Source of the DNA: Seison nebaliae
Taxonomy: Eukaryota
Direction of reading: 5' to 3'
NCBI GenBank assembly: GCA_023231475.1
Contig: JALJEE010002345.1
Span: 1 to 64,000, forward strand
DNA: 64,000 nt
Shown here: piece after piece, positions 13,861-25,190 of the stretch
Layout: each line of letters opens with the position of its first letter
Position numbering within the stretch: the first letter of the stretch is position 1
Made by a program: the position numbers and the translations under genes
The notes under the pieces: generated by a model
What the model saw: the letters and a program-made list of their open reading frames with translations, nothing else
What the model was told of the DNA's origin: nothing
Databases searched by the model: none

Positions 13861-15798
13861 ATGTCAACTGTGAGTAAACACAATAATCGTACCGAATCTA
13901 CTGTATTAGATTTGGTTTGTTTTTATCTCTCATTCTCTCATAATTTTTCTTTTGTGATGATGATAGTTTGAGAAACAGAATATTGAACGACATCTTGATG
14001 TGAATTTAGATGAATTGGAGAAATCGAACAAAGATTATCGAAATGAAACGAAAGATGAATTGGAACGACGAAAGAAAGCGAAGCAAATAGTCATTTCTAC
14101 CGATGACAGTCAAGTGAAAAAAGATCTGAGGAAATTGGGCGAACCGATTTGTTTGTTCGGAGAAGGACCGGTTGATAGACGACTCCGATTACAAGATATT
14201 ATCACTCGATTACCAACTGATGTTTTAACGAAAGTGTTCGAGAATGACGATGACGATAACGAGAAGAATAATCAAGAGAATGAACAAGATAAAACGATTT
14301 GGTATCATAAAGTTTCAAATTATTTATATATTTATTATTTATATTATTTCATCATCAAATCACCTTTGAAGGGTTCTCTCCATTTGGAGAAATGTCGATT
14401 AGATATCGCGAGAATGTCAATGAAGAATGTTGAAAGACGATTAGGAAAATTGATGAAATTGAAAGGAAGTCTCTCTAAAGACGATCAAACTTATCGAATG
14501 AAAGAGATATATCGTCGTCTTCGTTCCACTCACAATCAATTCACTCAAATGAGTGATACTCGTCCAATATTCCATATCAGATTCTCTCCAGATGCATCAA
14601 TGTTCGCTACCGCTTCATGGTTCCATTTCTGTCTTTCTTTCTCCAATTTTCTTAACATCATTTTACGTAGGAGTGGATGTTGTCGAATTTGGAATACGAA
14701 TGATTTGAGTGAATTGAGAGAATTGAAGGGACATACGAATTCCGCATCCTGTATTGAATGGCATCCAAATTCCTCCCAATCAGAAAATATGAATTCCTGT
14801 AATTTAATTTCATCAGATTTCGAAGGAAATATATTCTTATGGAATTTAAATGAGTTTCCTATTAATTAAAATTAATAATATTTTCAATCAATTTCAAAAT
14901 TTTTATTCTAGTGATGTTCCTATGGGTGCAATTGAGACTCATATTCCTTATCGAGTACCAAAATTGAAGATTGACAAGTCGGGACGATATTTAGCAACAG
15001 CTTGGTTCGATTTTGTTTAATTAAAGAAAATTGTTTAAATATCATTATTTAAATATAATTTCAAGTATCGATCATTCGTGGAGATTATATGATTTGGAGA
15101 TGAACATGGAAATCTTACATCAAGAAGGTCATTCGAATGTGGTGCAAGATCTCACTTTTCAACCCGATACAAGCCTTATATGTACAGCGTTTCATTTTCA
15201 TTTATTAAATTTTTAAATTATTTTTCTTTTTCAAAAAAGTGGTCGTGATTCATTTGGACGATTATGGGATCTGAGAACTGGTAGATGTGTCATGGTATTG
15301 GATGGACATCTTCGAACGATCACATCGATTGATTATTCAATTAATGGTTTTCATATTGCCACCGGCTCTGCTGATAATTCTGTAAAAATTTGGGATGTAA
15401 GAAATATCAAGAATCTTTACACGATTGCTGCACATAAACATTTAATATCTGCTGTTAAATACGATGCGAATTATGCTGATTTTCTCTTCACATCCAGTTA
15501 TGATCAGACCATCAAAACATGGTCCAATCCTGGATGGTCGAATTTAAAAGTTTTGGATGCACATTCCATGGTGATGAGTATGGATCTGCATACCATGCAA
15601 AATGATGGTGATATTCCAGATTCGATTATTAAAAAGAATCAATTAACGAATGATGATGTCGATATGGAGAAAGTGATAGAAGACGAAAATCAGGATGATG
15701 ATTCTTTCATTTCCAATTATAAAGATTATTTACATCAAAAATATTGGGTACTCTCATCCGCATATGATCGTACAATCAAATTATGGAAATCCGAATAG
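13861..15798 (+). CDS. PRPF4: U4/U6 snRNP protein Prp4 (WD40), 7 exons
   Basis: SFM motif [32 protein letters not shown], then WD40 repeats ([27 protein letters not shown]). Confidence 0.93.
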
Positions 15799-15998
15799 AA
15801 TTTTCAAATATTTAATTTTCATTTCATTATTAACATTTTATTTCATTTAAATTTTTTAAGTTTTTTTATAAGATAAAACCAATTTATCGTATGTCGAAGA
15901 AAATGTGTTGATGAGAAGAATATGTTTATTTCTTATAAATTAAAATTTATTTCTAATGATATTGAGAAAAAATTTCTATATAATTAATTTATATAAAA

Positions 15999-17170
15999 TC
16001 ACTTATAACGATTTCGAATTTCTTCACTCTTGATATTCTTCCAGATCTTCTCACGAATCATTTTAATTTGTTCTTCGGTTAATTCTTTCTTTCCTTCGCC
16101 AACCGCACCTTTCCTCACTAATGTTCCGATTTTATCCGATGTTTTACCAAAATATTTCTCTGTGTCTTTCATGAATCTTTCTCGGGCAAAATTCTTGATA
16201 GACTTAAACGACGTTTTCTCTTGGACGGTTTGGAGAAATTCGTCAGTTCTACATTATTTCATTCGATAAATTCGTCAACATAACCGAATTGACTAACCTC
16301 TGCAAATTGAGATATTTCGTTATTTTTTTCAATTCCTCAAGTCCATTTTGTTTCATTTCTTCAAAAGTGAAATAATGGCAATCATAATTCTTTATCATTT
16401 CCATCGATTGATTAACAAAATCATCATATCTTCCGTATGAAATACGTCCTAAGAAATAAAATTCATATTATAATTCACTTTAATCATTTTTTTATTAATA
16501 CGATATAAACCATCACAGTATGAATTAATGAATGGTTCCAATTCAATGTCTAGCACATATTTCCTTCCCAACTCTTTTATGTCGTCCTTGCCGATTACTT
16601 TCAATATATTCACATCCTTCGAATGGTAGTAGAATGAGATGGCCAAGTCATAAGGTGATCGGAAAATGCAAATTATTTTACTCGTTTTCTTGATTTTGTT
16701 TGGGAGGAATTTGGGCGGAATATGACTCATAATTAATCGAGGACCTTTTCTTTCATTGAGAGTGTTAAAGACCTGATCGCTCACTTCTATAAATGCAGAA
16801 ATTTTTCCACTTTTCCTAAAACAACATATAATTAAACGCACATCTAGTTCATGACTAACTCTAATTCTGTTGAATTTTTCATAATCATCGATAAGAAATC
16901 GAAAGACCAAGCATGACCACATTTGGGATATGAGACTACCCAAACATCATCTGGACGTGCTTCCCATTTCTCTTCCAAAGCCTTCAACTTGTCACCAAAT
17001 GAGCTGCCCATTAATCCAAATGCTTTACATGTTATATTAGAAATGATATTATTATCGAATGATTAACCAGGCAAATATGTTCCCTCATAAATTTCAACAG
17101 GACATCCATATGGTGTGATTGGAAATTGTTTAAGTTTTTTAATGATAACTTCTTTTCGTATATCGTCCAT
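15999..17170 (-). CDS. Cytosolic sulfotransferase (SULT1-like), copy 1, 5 exons
   Basis: ARPDDVWVVSYPKCG, PRLIMSHIP, IFRSPYD, RKGAVG; four GTT introns. Confidence 0.88.
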
Positions 17171-17619
17171 TTTACGAATAAATGACAGGTAAATAATTGA
17201 ATATAAATATTATCTCACTAAATTTATATCACTTGAATTATTTGATTTAGTCCAGTAATTTCGGCGAGAAATGACGTTAACAAATTTTGAAATTTCCTTA
17301 TCGTTCTACTTGATGAGACATCCACATTAATTAGACAAAGACTAGAATTTATTTGTATGAAAGAGAATGTTAGATCAATTAAGAGAAAATCGATAATGGA
17401 TCGATTAATTCAATTAATAAATAATGACAATGTGAAATTTCGAGGGAAAATGTCAAAATTTGAAATTTGAATATGAGATTGTGACGATGCACTTTTATAC
17501 ATTCTTCAATTTTTCGAATTACAATTCAATAGTTTTCATAATTAAATCAAGATAAACGAAATACAAATTAGAATGGAAAAAGATGAGGAGAATATGAAAA
17601 TAAAGCGAATTATTTCTGG

Positions 17620-18789
17620 TCATAGATTACTCGCTTTATTGGTAAAAACTTTTCAAATTATCATCTTTTATATTGTTCAATATATTCTCATTGATCATTT
17701 TGATATGTTTCACTGACAATTCCCTTTTACCTTCTCCCACTTTTCCTTTTCGAATTAACAGTGCGGCATTATTACCAACTTCGGATTTACTGTTGAACAT
17801 TTCTTTCGTATCTTTCGTATATCGTTCTCTTGCAAAAGATTTGATGGATTCGAATGATGTTTTCTCAACGACTTCTTTAAGGAATTTGTCAGTTCTTTAA
17901 AGTCAGTGAAATAAAAAAGAAAGAATGAAAGAAGAACCTGTGAAGATGAAGAAATTTCGTTAATTTCTTCAATTCTTCAAAACCGTTTTCTTTCATATTC
18001 TCATAAGTGAAATAATATCCATCATATTCTTTTACCATATCCATCGACGCATTAATATAATCATCATATCTACCATAAGCAATTTCTCCTGAAAATGACA
18101 TTCATAAAATTGTATCAATAAAAATATCAACCTGTAGAATAAGCTTCGATGAATTGATCAAGTTCAACATCTGATTTATATTTACCATCTAATAATTCCA
18201 TTACTGCTGGTAACATGATCGATATGACGTTCACATGTTTCGTATGATAATAATAAGATAATGCCACATCATATGGAGATCGGAAAATGCAAATAATCTT
18301 GCTAATACTTTTGATGGTGTGAGGAAGGAATTGAGGTGGAATATGTGTCATAATCAATCGACCACCTTCCATCTCATGTAGTCGAGTGAAAACTTTATCT
18401 GACATTTCGAGGAAGGAGAAAATCTTCCCACATTTCCTGAAATCGAATCTGAAGAAAAATCGGAAGATGAAAACGAACTCTAGCTCTGTTGAATTTTTCA
18501 TTATCATCGATAAAAAATCGAAAGACCATGCATGACCACATTTAGGATAAGAAACTACCCAGACGTCGTCTTCACGTGCTTCCCATTTCTCCTCAAGATC
18601 TTTCAATTTTTGTACAAACGATGTATCGAATATTCCAAATGCTTCATCCTATTATGAATTTTATTCAAATCTATCTCGAAGTTAACCTGGTACAAATATA
18701 TTTTGATATTCTTCCACCGGAAGTCCATACGATGACGGTTTGAATTGTTTAATTCGGTTAGCCAATGATTGGTATGATGTTTGATCCAT
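17620..18789 (-). CDS. Cytosolic sulfotransferase (SULT1-like), copy 2 (tandem paralog), 5 exons
   Basis: AREDDVWVVSYPKCG, RLIMTHIP, IFRSPYD, RKGKVG; same intron positions as copy 1. Confidence 0.88.
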
Positions 18790-19494
18790 GACTAAATTAA
18801 TTTAATTAATCTATATTAATTTTTATTCTAATAGATAAATTTGATTCATTTTTTTAAGTAAAAATTACTTTTATTAATAAAGATAATATAAATAGACATG
18901 CAATTGAATGGAATAATGAGCAACGACAATTGATACTATTTCAATTCATTACATGGAATTGAAATATCACATTATTTTACATTTTATGATAAATTTAAAA
19001 ATTTGGTAATTTGATTAATAGTGAACACCTGTCATCTAATACTTCTATTGTAGTAGCCGTTATGAAATAATTTTATTCTCAAATGAAAAACGAAAGAGTA
19101 ATGGAATTAATATAGTTGAGATTAATTAAAAGTTACATGTGATAATATTTAAAACTTACGAATAAGTTACGCAGTAGGAAATTTTCAGGAAAAATATATT
19201 TACATACTTCTCTTGGCTCATTTGATAATTTGTTATGATGATAATTTATTCCGATTTGCACTCCAAACACATTTGTACTCCTATTTATCATATCATACAT
19301 TTAATTTCACTAAATGGTGAAATAATTGTAAGTGGTATCAAATCATTTTTTGTAAAGATTCCTTAATTTTGTTTATTTTCTATATTTGTCTGATAAATTA
19401 ATTTAATTAATAGCGGTTGATTCTCTTTGAATCGATAAGAGAAATTAAATTTTACTCTAAAATAATTCAAATAATATTGAAGAAAAATAAGAAT

Positions 19495-20256
19495 TTAAAT
19501 AGTTTTATTATGATGAAAGAATTGAGAGATGACATATTCAGAAATGTTCAGTTGGAAAATGGAAGTGATGAAGAAGAAGAGATAACAAGCGATTAATGGT
19601 CCCAAAAGTACTTTGGCTTTGTTGGAATGATAAATTGTATTAAAACCGAAAAATAGATGAACGAAGTAATAATGGGAAGATAGAAGCCATAAGGAATTGG
19701 TGAGAATACAACTAACAACTGAATAGAAGTAATAAGTGACTAATTGAAATAGGAGTACATGATACAACATGACAATTATACAAATTGGTAGTATTGCATT
19801 TAATTGGAGATCGAATAGGAATGCCCATTCGACATCCTCCGAATGATTCTTCTGTTTATTCATCAACCCATTCACAATTATCCATAGAATGGATGAAATA
19901 ATGATTGATGGTAAAATGTAAAATAAAATTGTTATTTGAAATGACGAGCGAATAATTTGCATAAATGTCAATCCGAACACGAAACCTTGGAGAATAGATA
20001 AAACGAGAATAATCAGACTTGTTATCATCACGAACGTGGGATCATCTCGTGCGTATTGATTTTTTGTCTGTTTTCTGAATTGGAATTTTCTATAAACTTT
20101 TTTCGGTCGGAAGAATATTAATATGATTTCTCCAATTGCAACTGGAAAATCCATCTGATGGAAATTGAAGATTCTCCTTCGGAATTTATCAAACTTCTCC
20201 CAAACATTCTCCTTGTTAAAATTGTAAAAAGTATTAGAAATCAGATTGCTCTTCAT
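19495..20256 (-). CDS. UNC50: UNC-50 homolog (Golgi membrane protein)
   Basis: FHQMDF, PKKVYR..RKQTKNQYARDDP, DVEWAFLFD, multiple TM segments; start assumed at ATG 20256. Confidence 0.92.
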   Translation of the reverse strand: MKSNLISNTFYNFNKENVWEKFDKFRRRIFNFHQMDFPVAIGEIILIFFRPKKVYRKFQFRKQTKNQYARDDPTFVMITSLIILVLSILQGFVFGLTFMQIIRSSFQITILFYILPSIIISSILWIIVNGLMNKQKNHSEDVEWAFLFDLQLNAILPICIIVMLYHVLLFQLVTYYFYSVVSCILTNSLWLLSSHYYFVHLFFGFNTIYHSNKAKVLLGPLIACYLFFFITSIFQLNISEYVISQFFHHNKTI

Positions 20257-20627
20257 TTCAACGACCAAGAATATCGACTGATGGAAATTAGAGAACTGGA
20301 CGGAATTTTGAGTAATTCATAACCGATTTCTTTTACGCTTACAATTTTGATTTATTTTCAATGTAATTGATTGAAATTCAAAGGAGATTCACCCAAGAAA
20401 AAAAACATCAAAAAGTTCAAATTAAACAAAAATATTATTCGAAATTAATTTCCATATTTTTTTTTCTAATTTGAGAAATTTCTATATCACTTCCTCCCAC
20501 GAGAAAGAAAAATTTCTCGAGACTTCTTTTTCTCATTTAAATTCTCTTCTTATTCAGTTTAATTTGAAAATTTAGTTATTTCCTATAAATCTTCCCAACA
20601 TTTAAATAGGATAAAAATGATGAGAAA

Positions 20628-21505
20628 TTAATTAAATCGACGATTGACCACAACTTCTTCTTGGGATTCTTTAACGGAGAAAATTTCAATATTTCTCTGG
20701 AATCTAAATATTAATACGTAAATTTTTGGGAATAGATTCAAAGAGAGAACTTTAATAATTTATTGAGATTCTTCTCTAATTGTTCGGTGGCTATGTGAAG
20801 GACAGTCGATAAATTCTGACAAAAAGAATAGAAATAAAAATAGAATATAATTTTAGAATTTAAATTAACATCGAATGTCTTTCTAGATTTGGAATAAAGA
20901 ATCATATTTAACATTCCTGGTGAGCGAACAGCCTGAATGAATCTTATATTATGAAAAAGAAGAAATGTGTGAAACGATCGTCGAACGAGATTTACCAGGA
21001 ACAATTCCAGAATTTTTATATCCATTCTCCAGAGCGGTCGTCAACTTAATTAGAAATAATTACTTCAATAAATCAACATTGTCTAACCATTCTCTTACTG
21101 TGTTCACTATTGGAACAACTGACATGTAGAACGAACGGTTCCACCATTAACCAGATGGTGGAATTTGAAAATTCAGGAAACTCTTTAAAAATCTCCTAAA
21201 AAACTTTTTAAATTTTTTAAAAAATTCAAAAAAAAAATCACCAATTGCTCTCGAACTCGCTCAACAATATTTTCGTCTATTTCATGTGTCTGATACAAAG
21301 TTCTCGTACCGGTTTTTTGAGAGAGATCCTGTTTCGCCAAAATGCAGATTCGTCCCGAACACGAACTCGTCGTACAGAAATTATTGAGTCGATTGATCAT
21401 TGAGCAGATGGATCGAACTGGTGGATCGATTTCGCCTCGAATACTTCGATCAGATGATGATAAACAATTTTCTTTCCATTTCTGGAAATTGTTCATTTGA
21501 TTCAT
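20628..21505 (-). CDS. TYW3: tRNA wybutosine-synthesizing protein 3, 6 exons
   Basis: DRSIRGEID..IN....TTSSCSGRI and EPFVLHV motifs; introns restore the frame to TAA at 20628. Confidence 0.88.
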
Positions 21506-21703
21506 TGGATTTCACATAATTTAATGAAATTTATGAAATTAAAATTGAAAAGTAAAGTGAATTGTAATGATGAGAATTGGATGATTTGGAGAATTGAACA
21601 ATAAGAAAAGAATAAATGAGAATTTTAAGCTTAGAGAAGAATTAAGATAAAAATTTGAGTTTTCCTCTTTTTATTCTTCAGAAACAGACGATTCAAATTT
21701 GAG
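21506..21703. promoter_or_regulatory. Putative compact bidirectional promoter (TYW3 / SAS-6)
   Basis: Head-to-head start codons only 198 bp apart. Confidence 0.5.
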
Positions 21704-23656
21704 ATGATGGAGAAGAATAAGGAATGTGTATTTCAACAGGAGATTATCATCAAATATGTTCCGTCCATTTCGAGTAGTGAGGAATTACGACGTAAAATCA
21801 TCGTCTCCGTTTTCATTGTGACACATGCAAATCGGAAAGAATTATTCATTCGATTGACAGATGATATCGATCCATTCTTCCTTTATACATTGACATTGGA
21901 TGAAAATGATTTCCAACAAATCAAATCCAATCAAGGATTACTCGTCGATTTTTTAAGTTTCCCACAGAAATTTATTGAATTGCTCAATTTGTGCATCGAA
22001 AATCAAAATATCAATCCACCCAAATTCCAATTACAATTATTGGTAAATGAGAATGGATCGTTGAATGTGGTGGAGATCAATCCATTCAAACATCTCACAC
22101 ATTTATCGTTGTTGTTATTGAATGGTAATGATACGGAAGTGAAAATATATTTGGCGGAATGTTTGACGAAATTGAAGGAAGAAAATCGTCTTCAACGGAA
22201 GGAGAAGAATGAATTGCATGAGAAAATGATGGGAGAATATGAAATGTTGAATGAGAAATTGAAAACGATTCAGAAGGAACGAGATTCATTCGAAAAAGAA
22301 TATTTATTGTCGAAAGACGCATTTGAAATGAAATTGGAAAAACATCAGAATGAAGATCGAAATACAATTTTTGAATTAAGAAATGAATTGACGAAGAGAT
22401 TACAAGAGCAGAAGGAAACGATTGAGAATGAACAGAAAAATCGAATGACGAGTTTGGAGAAGGAGAAGAAATATTTCGAGGAGAAATGCGAGAAATGTAT
22501 AAAACGATCGAATTTGATGGAGGATGAATTAAATGGATTGAAATCAAAAGAGAAAAGTTTAATGAGTGAGAATGATCGAATTAATTTGGAATTGAGTCAA
22601 ATGAAGAATGAGAAGAAATGTATCAATAATGAACAACAAACGAAAGATAAAGCGATGAATCATATTCGTACAAGAGTCGCCGTTCTTGAAGAGGAGACGA
22701 AACATAAAGATATGTTGATCGAACGTTTAAATGAACAATTGGAAGCGGAAAAGATGAATATAAAGAAAAGTGAAGAAGCAATTGAGAGATATGTTGAAGA
22801 TATTCATCGTTCAAAGAAGAATATTAAAGAATTATCATATCAATTATTGGAGGTGAATGAGAGATTGAAAAATCAGGAATATTGTGCTACAACGAGAAAG
22901 AGTAAAATGAAATTGAAGAATGAATTAATTAAAGAGATGGAGAAAGTGATCGAAGATAATCGAACATCAATTAATCATTTGAAAATAAAAGAGAATGAAT
23001 TGAATCATGAGAAAGATGATCTCACCATCAAACTCAATCAATTACAAATTGAAGTTGAGAGTAAAGAAAGTAAATTAAACGAGGCATTGAAAACTATTGA
23101 GAGTAACGAGAAGATGTTACTCTTTTTAAATAAATCCGTTAACGAATTACAACTCAATCAAAATAAACATTCAACTCCAACAACATTAAGTAGTAAATCG
23201 AATAAGAAATTGACAAACACAACAGAAAATTCACAATTTTCAAATCGAATGAATAATCATCGAAATCGAACTCCTAATTCTCAACCGATTTCATCATCAT
23301 CGAATTGTCGCACTAATAATTCATCGAAATTCCGTCCAATGAATTCCACCACTAATCATCATCCTCTCACTTCCACCATCTCCAGTAATCTTCGATTTCC
23401 AATGCAGAAATCGAACACGTTAAATAACTTGAAGAATGATGGAATTGATATTGCACATTCAAAGGATTCGATCGATCCACAATACTTTCAACCAGCCAAA
23501 GATCAACAACAATCGACAAAAGAACCTTTCGATGCGGTACTTGCACGACTTGACTTGAACAGTACGAACATAAATAATTCGAACGTTCTACCAAACACAT
23601 CGGCAACTCCCACCAATGTCCGATTGTTGGCGAAGGAATCCATATTCTTTAATTAA
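21704..23656 (+). CDS. SASS6: Spindle assembly abnormal protein 6 (centriolar cartwheel), intronless
   Basis: PISA head [40 protein letters not shown], long coiled coil, disordered tail. Confidence 0.95.
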   Translation: MMEKNKECVFQQEIIIKYVPSISSSEELRRKIIVSVFIVTHANRKELFIRLTDDIDPFFLYTLTLDENDFQQIKSNQGLLVDFLSFPQKFIELLNLCIENQNINPPKFQLQLLVNENGSLNVVEINPFKHLTHLSLLLLNGNDTEVKIYLAECLTKLKEENRLQRKEKNELHEKMMGEYEMLNEKLKTIQKERDSFEKEYLLSKDAFEMKLEKHQNEDRNTIFELRNELTKRLQEQKETIENEQKNRMTSLEKEKKYFEEKCEKCIKRSNLMEDELNGLKSKEKSLMSENDRINLELSQMKNEKKCINNEQQTKDKAMNHIRTRVAVLEEETKHKDMLIERLNEQLEAEKMNIKKSEEAIERYVEDIHRSKKNIKELSYQLLEVNERLKNQEYCATTRKSKMKLKNELIKEMEKVIEDNRTSINHLKIKENELNHEKDDLTIKLNQLQIEVESKESKLNEALKTIESNEKMLLFLNKSVNELQLNQNKHSTPTTLSSKSNKKLTNTTENSQFSNRMNNHRNRTPNSQPISSSSNCRTNNSSKFRPMNSTTNHHPLTSTISSNLRFPMQKSNTLNNLKNDGIDIAHSKDSIDPQYFQPAKDQQQSTKEPFDAVLARLDLNSTNINNSNVLPNTSATPTNVRLLAKESIFFN

Positions 23657-23820
23657 TTCTTTTCTTTCTATTCAAGTCTAATTTTCATTCCAAAATTCAA
23701 TTTTTTCAATATTTCTCCCAAATAATTCCCAAATAATCTCATTTTTATTCTCTTTCTCTCTCTCTCTCTCTCTCTTCTTTTTAGAATTTGCGGAAATCTA
23801 ATTTTTTAATATTTACAGAA

Positions 23821-24826
23821 ATGACTAAACTTGTTGAATTGTTAACGAGTTTAACAGGAAAATTTAATGATAAAAAAATTTTATTGGTTTGGAATGATCA
23901 ATCGATGATTGATGAGATAAAATCGAATAATATTTCAAATGTTCATTTTGAGAATTATTCGCTGGTGAAAGAAAGTTAGGAAAATGATCGAAAATTTATA
24001 TTTTTTAATTTTATTATTTAATTCAATTTTTCATATTAAGATAAAAATCAATCATTTTATGATATCGGCATATTGACAATAAAAGAGAAAGAGGAAATAA
24101 TAGATTTGTGTGACATACTCGAACATATGGGAAAGATATTGAAGGAGACTTCACTTCTCGTATTAGTGGGAGAGGATTTGAGAGATTATAAAGAATCGCC
24201 CATCATTCCTACTTTAGGCTACTCTCATTTAACAGAAGAGATGAAAGAAGAATATTCTTGTATCGATTCTGAAAAATTTCTTCTTTTCACTTCACCTAAA
24301 CGATTAATTCTAAGAACGATTGATGGTAAAATTATTGAGAATAGTTTGATTTATTTTCAATTAATTTTTCATAAATTCAAATTTCAGAGAGAAATTTATG
24401 GAATTTGGAATCGAATGAATTGATCGATGAAGATGATTTATTGAACGATGACGATTTAAAAAAACCGATAGAAAGTCTCATAAAATTCATTCAAATTTAA
24501 TAATTTAATTTCAATGAATTTTCAGACGATTGTAATATACCAGAAGCGAAGACGAAAAGACGTGCTTGTAAAAATTGCACTTGTGGTCTCGCCGAAGAGT
24601 TGGAGAAAGAAGCAACAAATATACCAATCGCTAAATCTTCATGTGGCAATGTTTGTTTTCATGTATGTCTTCCTAAAATTCATTTTCTTCATCAAAAAAA
24701 AAGTGTTCATTAGGTGATGCATTCCGTTGTGCGGCATGTCCATATTTGGGACAGCCTCCATTCAAGATGGGCGAAGAGCCGGAAATAACGATCAAATCTG
24801 ACGGTGTAGTTAAATTGGAATTGTGA
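23821..24826 (+). CDS. CIAPIN1: Anamorsin / Dre2 (cytosolic Fe-S assembly), 5 exons
   Basis: [48 protein letters not shown] after splicing. Confidence 0.92.
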
Positions 24827-25190
24827 GTGAGAGATTGTAATTAAATAAATTATTTGAACTGAAACTCTTGAACGTTTTATGTTAATGCGTCGAATGGGAA
24901 GTTGTTGTAGTAGTTTAAAATAAATGATTAAGGAATTCCTACATGATTTTTCAAAATCTAAATGAAAATTATCTGACGAATAAATTTCGAAATATAATCA
25001 TCCTTTGGACAACGTTGTTGTGAGCAAGAACAACGAAGGAACTTTAATAATATTTGATTCTTTCTATTTACATATCAATCTGACATAAAATGTAAATAGG
25101 TAAAAGCGGAAAGTTATTCACACATTCTCCCATAAATTTCAATTGATATACGTACACATATTTTCCTTTTGAATGTTCTTCAACTGAAAG

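Noticed and set aside
20278..20320. Upstream ATG of UNC50 joined by a 19-nt GTT..CAG intron
   Set aside because: The frame would fit, but it is far shorter than all other introns and ATG 20256 already gives a normal-length protein
21196..21256. Apparent GTG donor in TYW3 intron 1
   Set aside because: An in-phase GTTCGA donor lies 15 nt upstream, so it is not a clear exception to the GTT pattern
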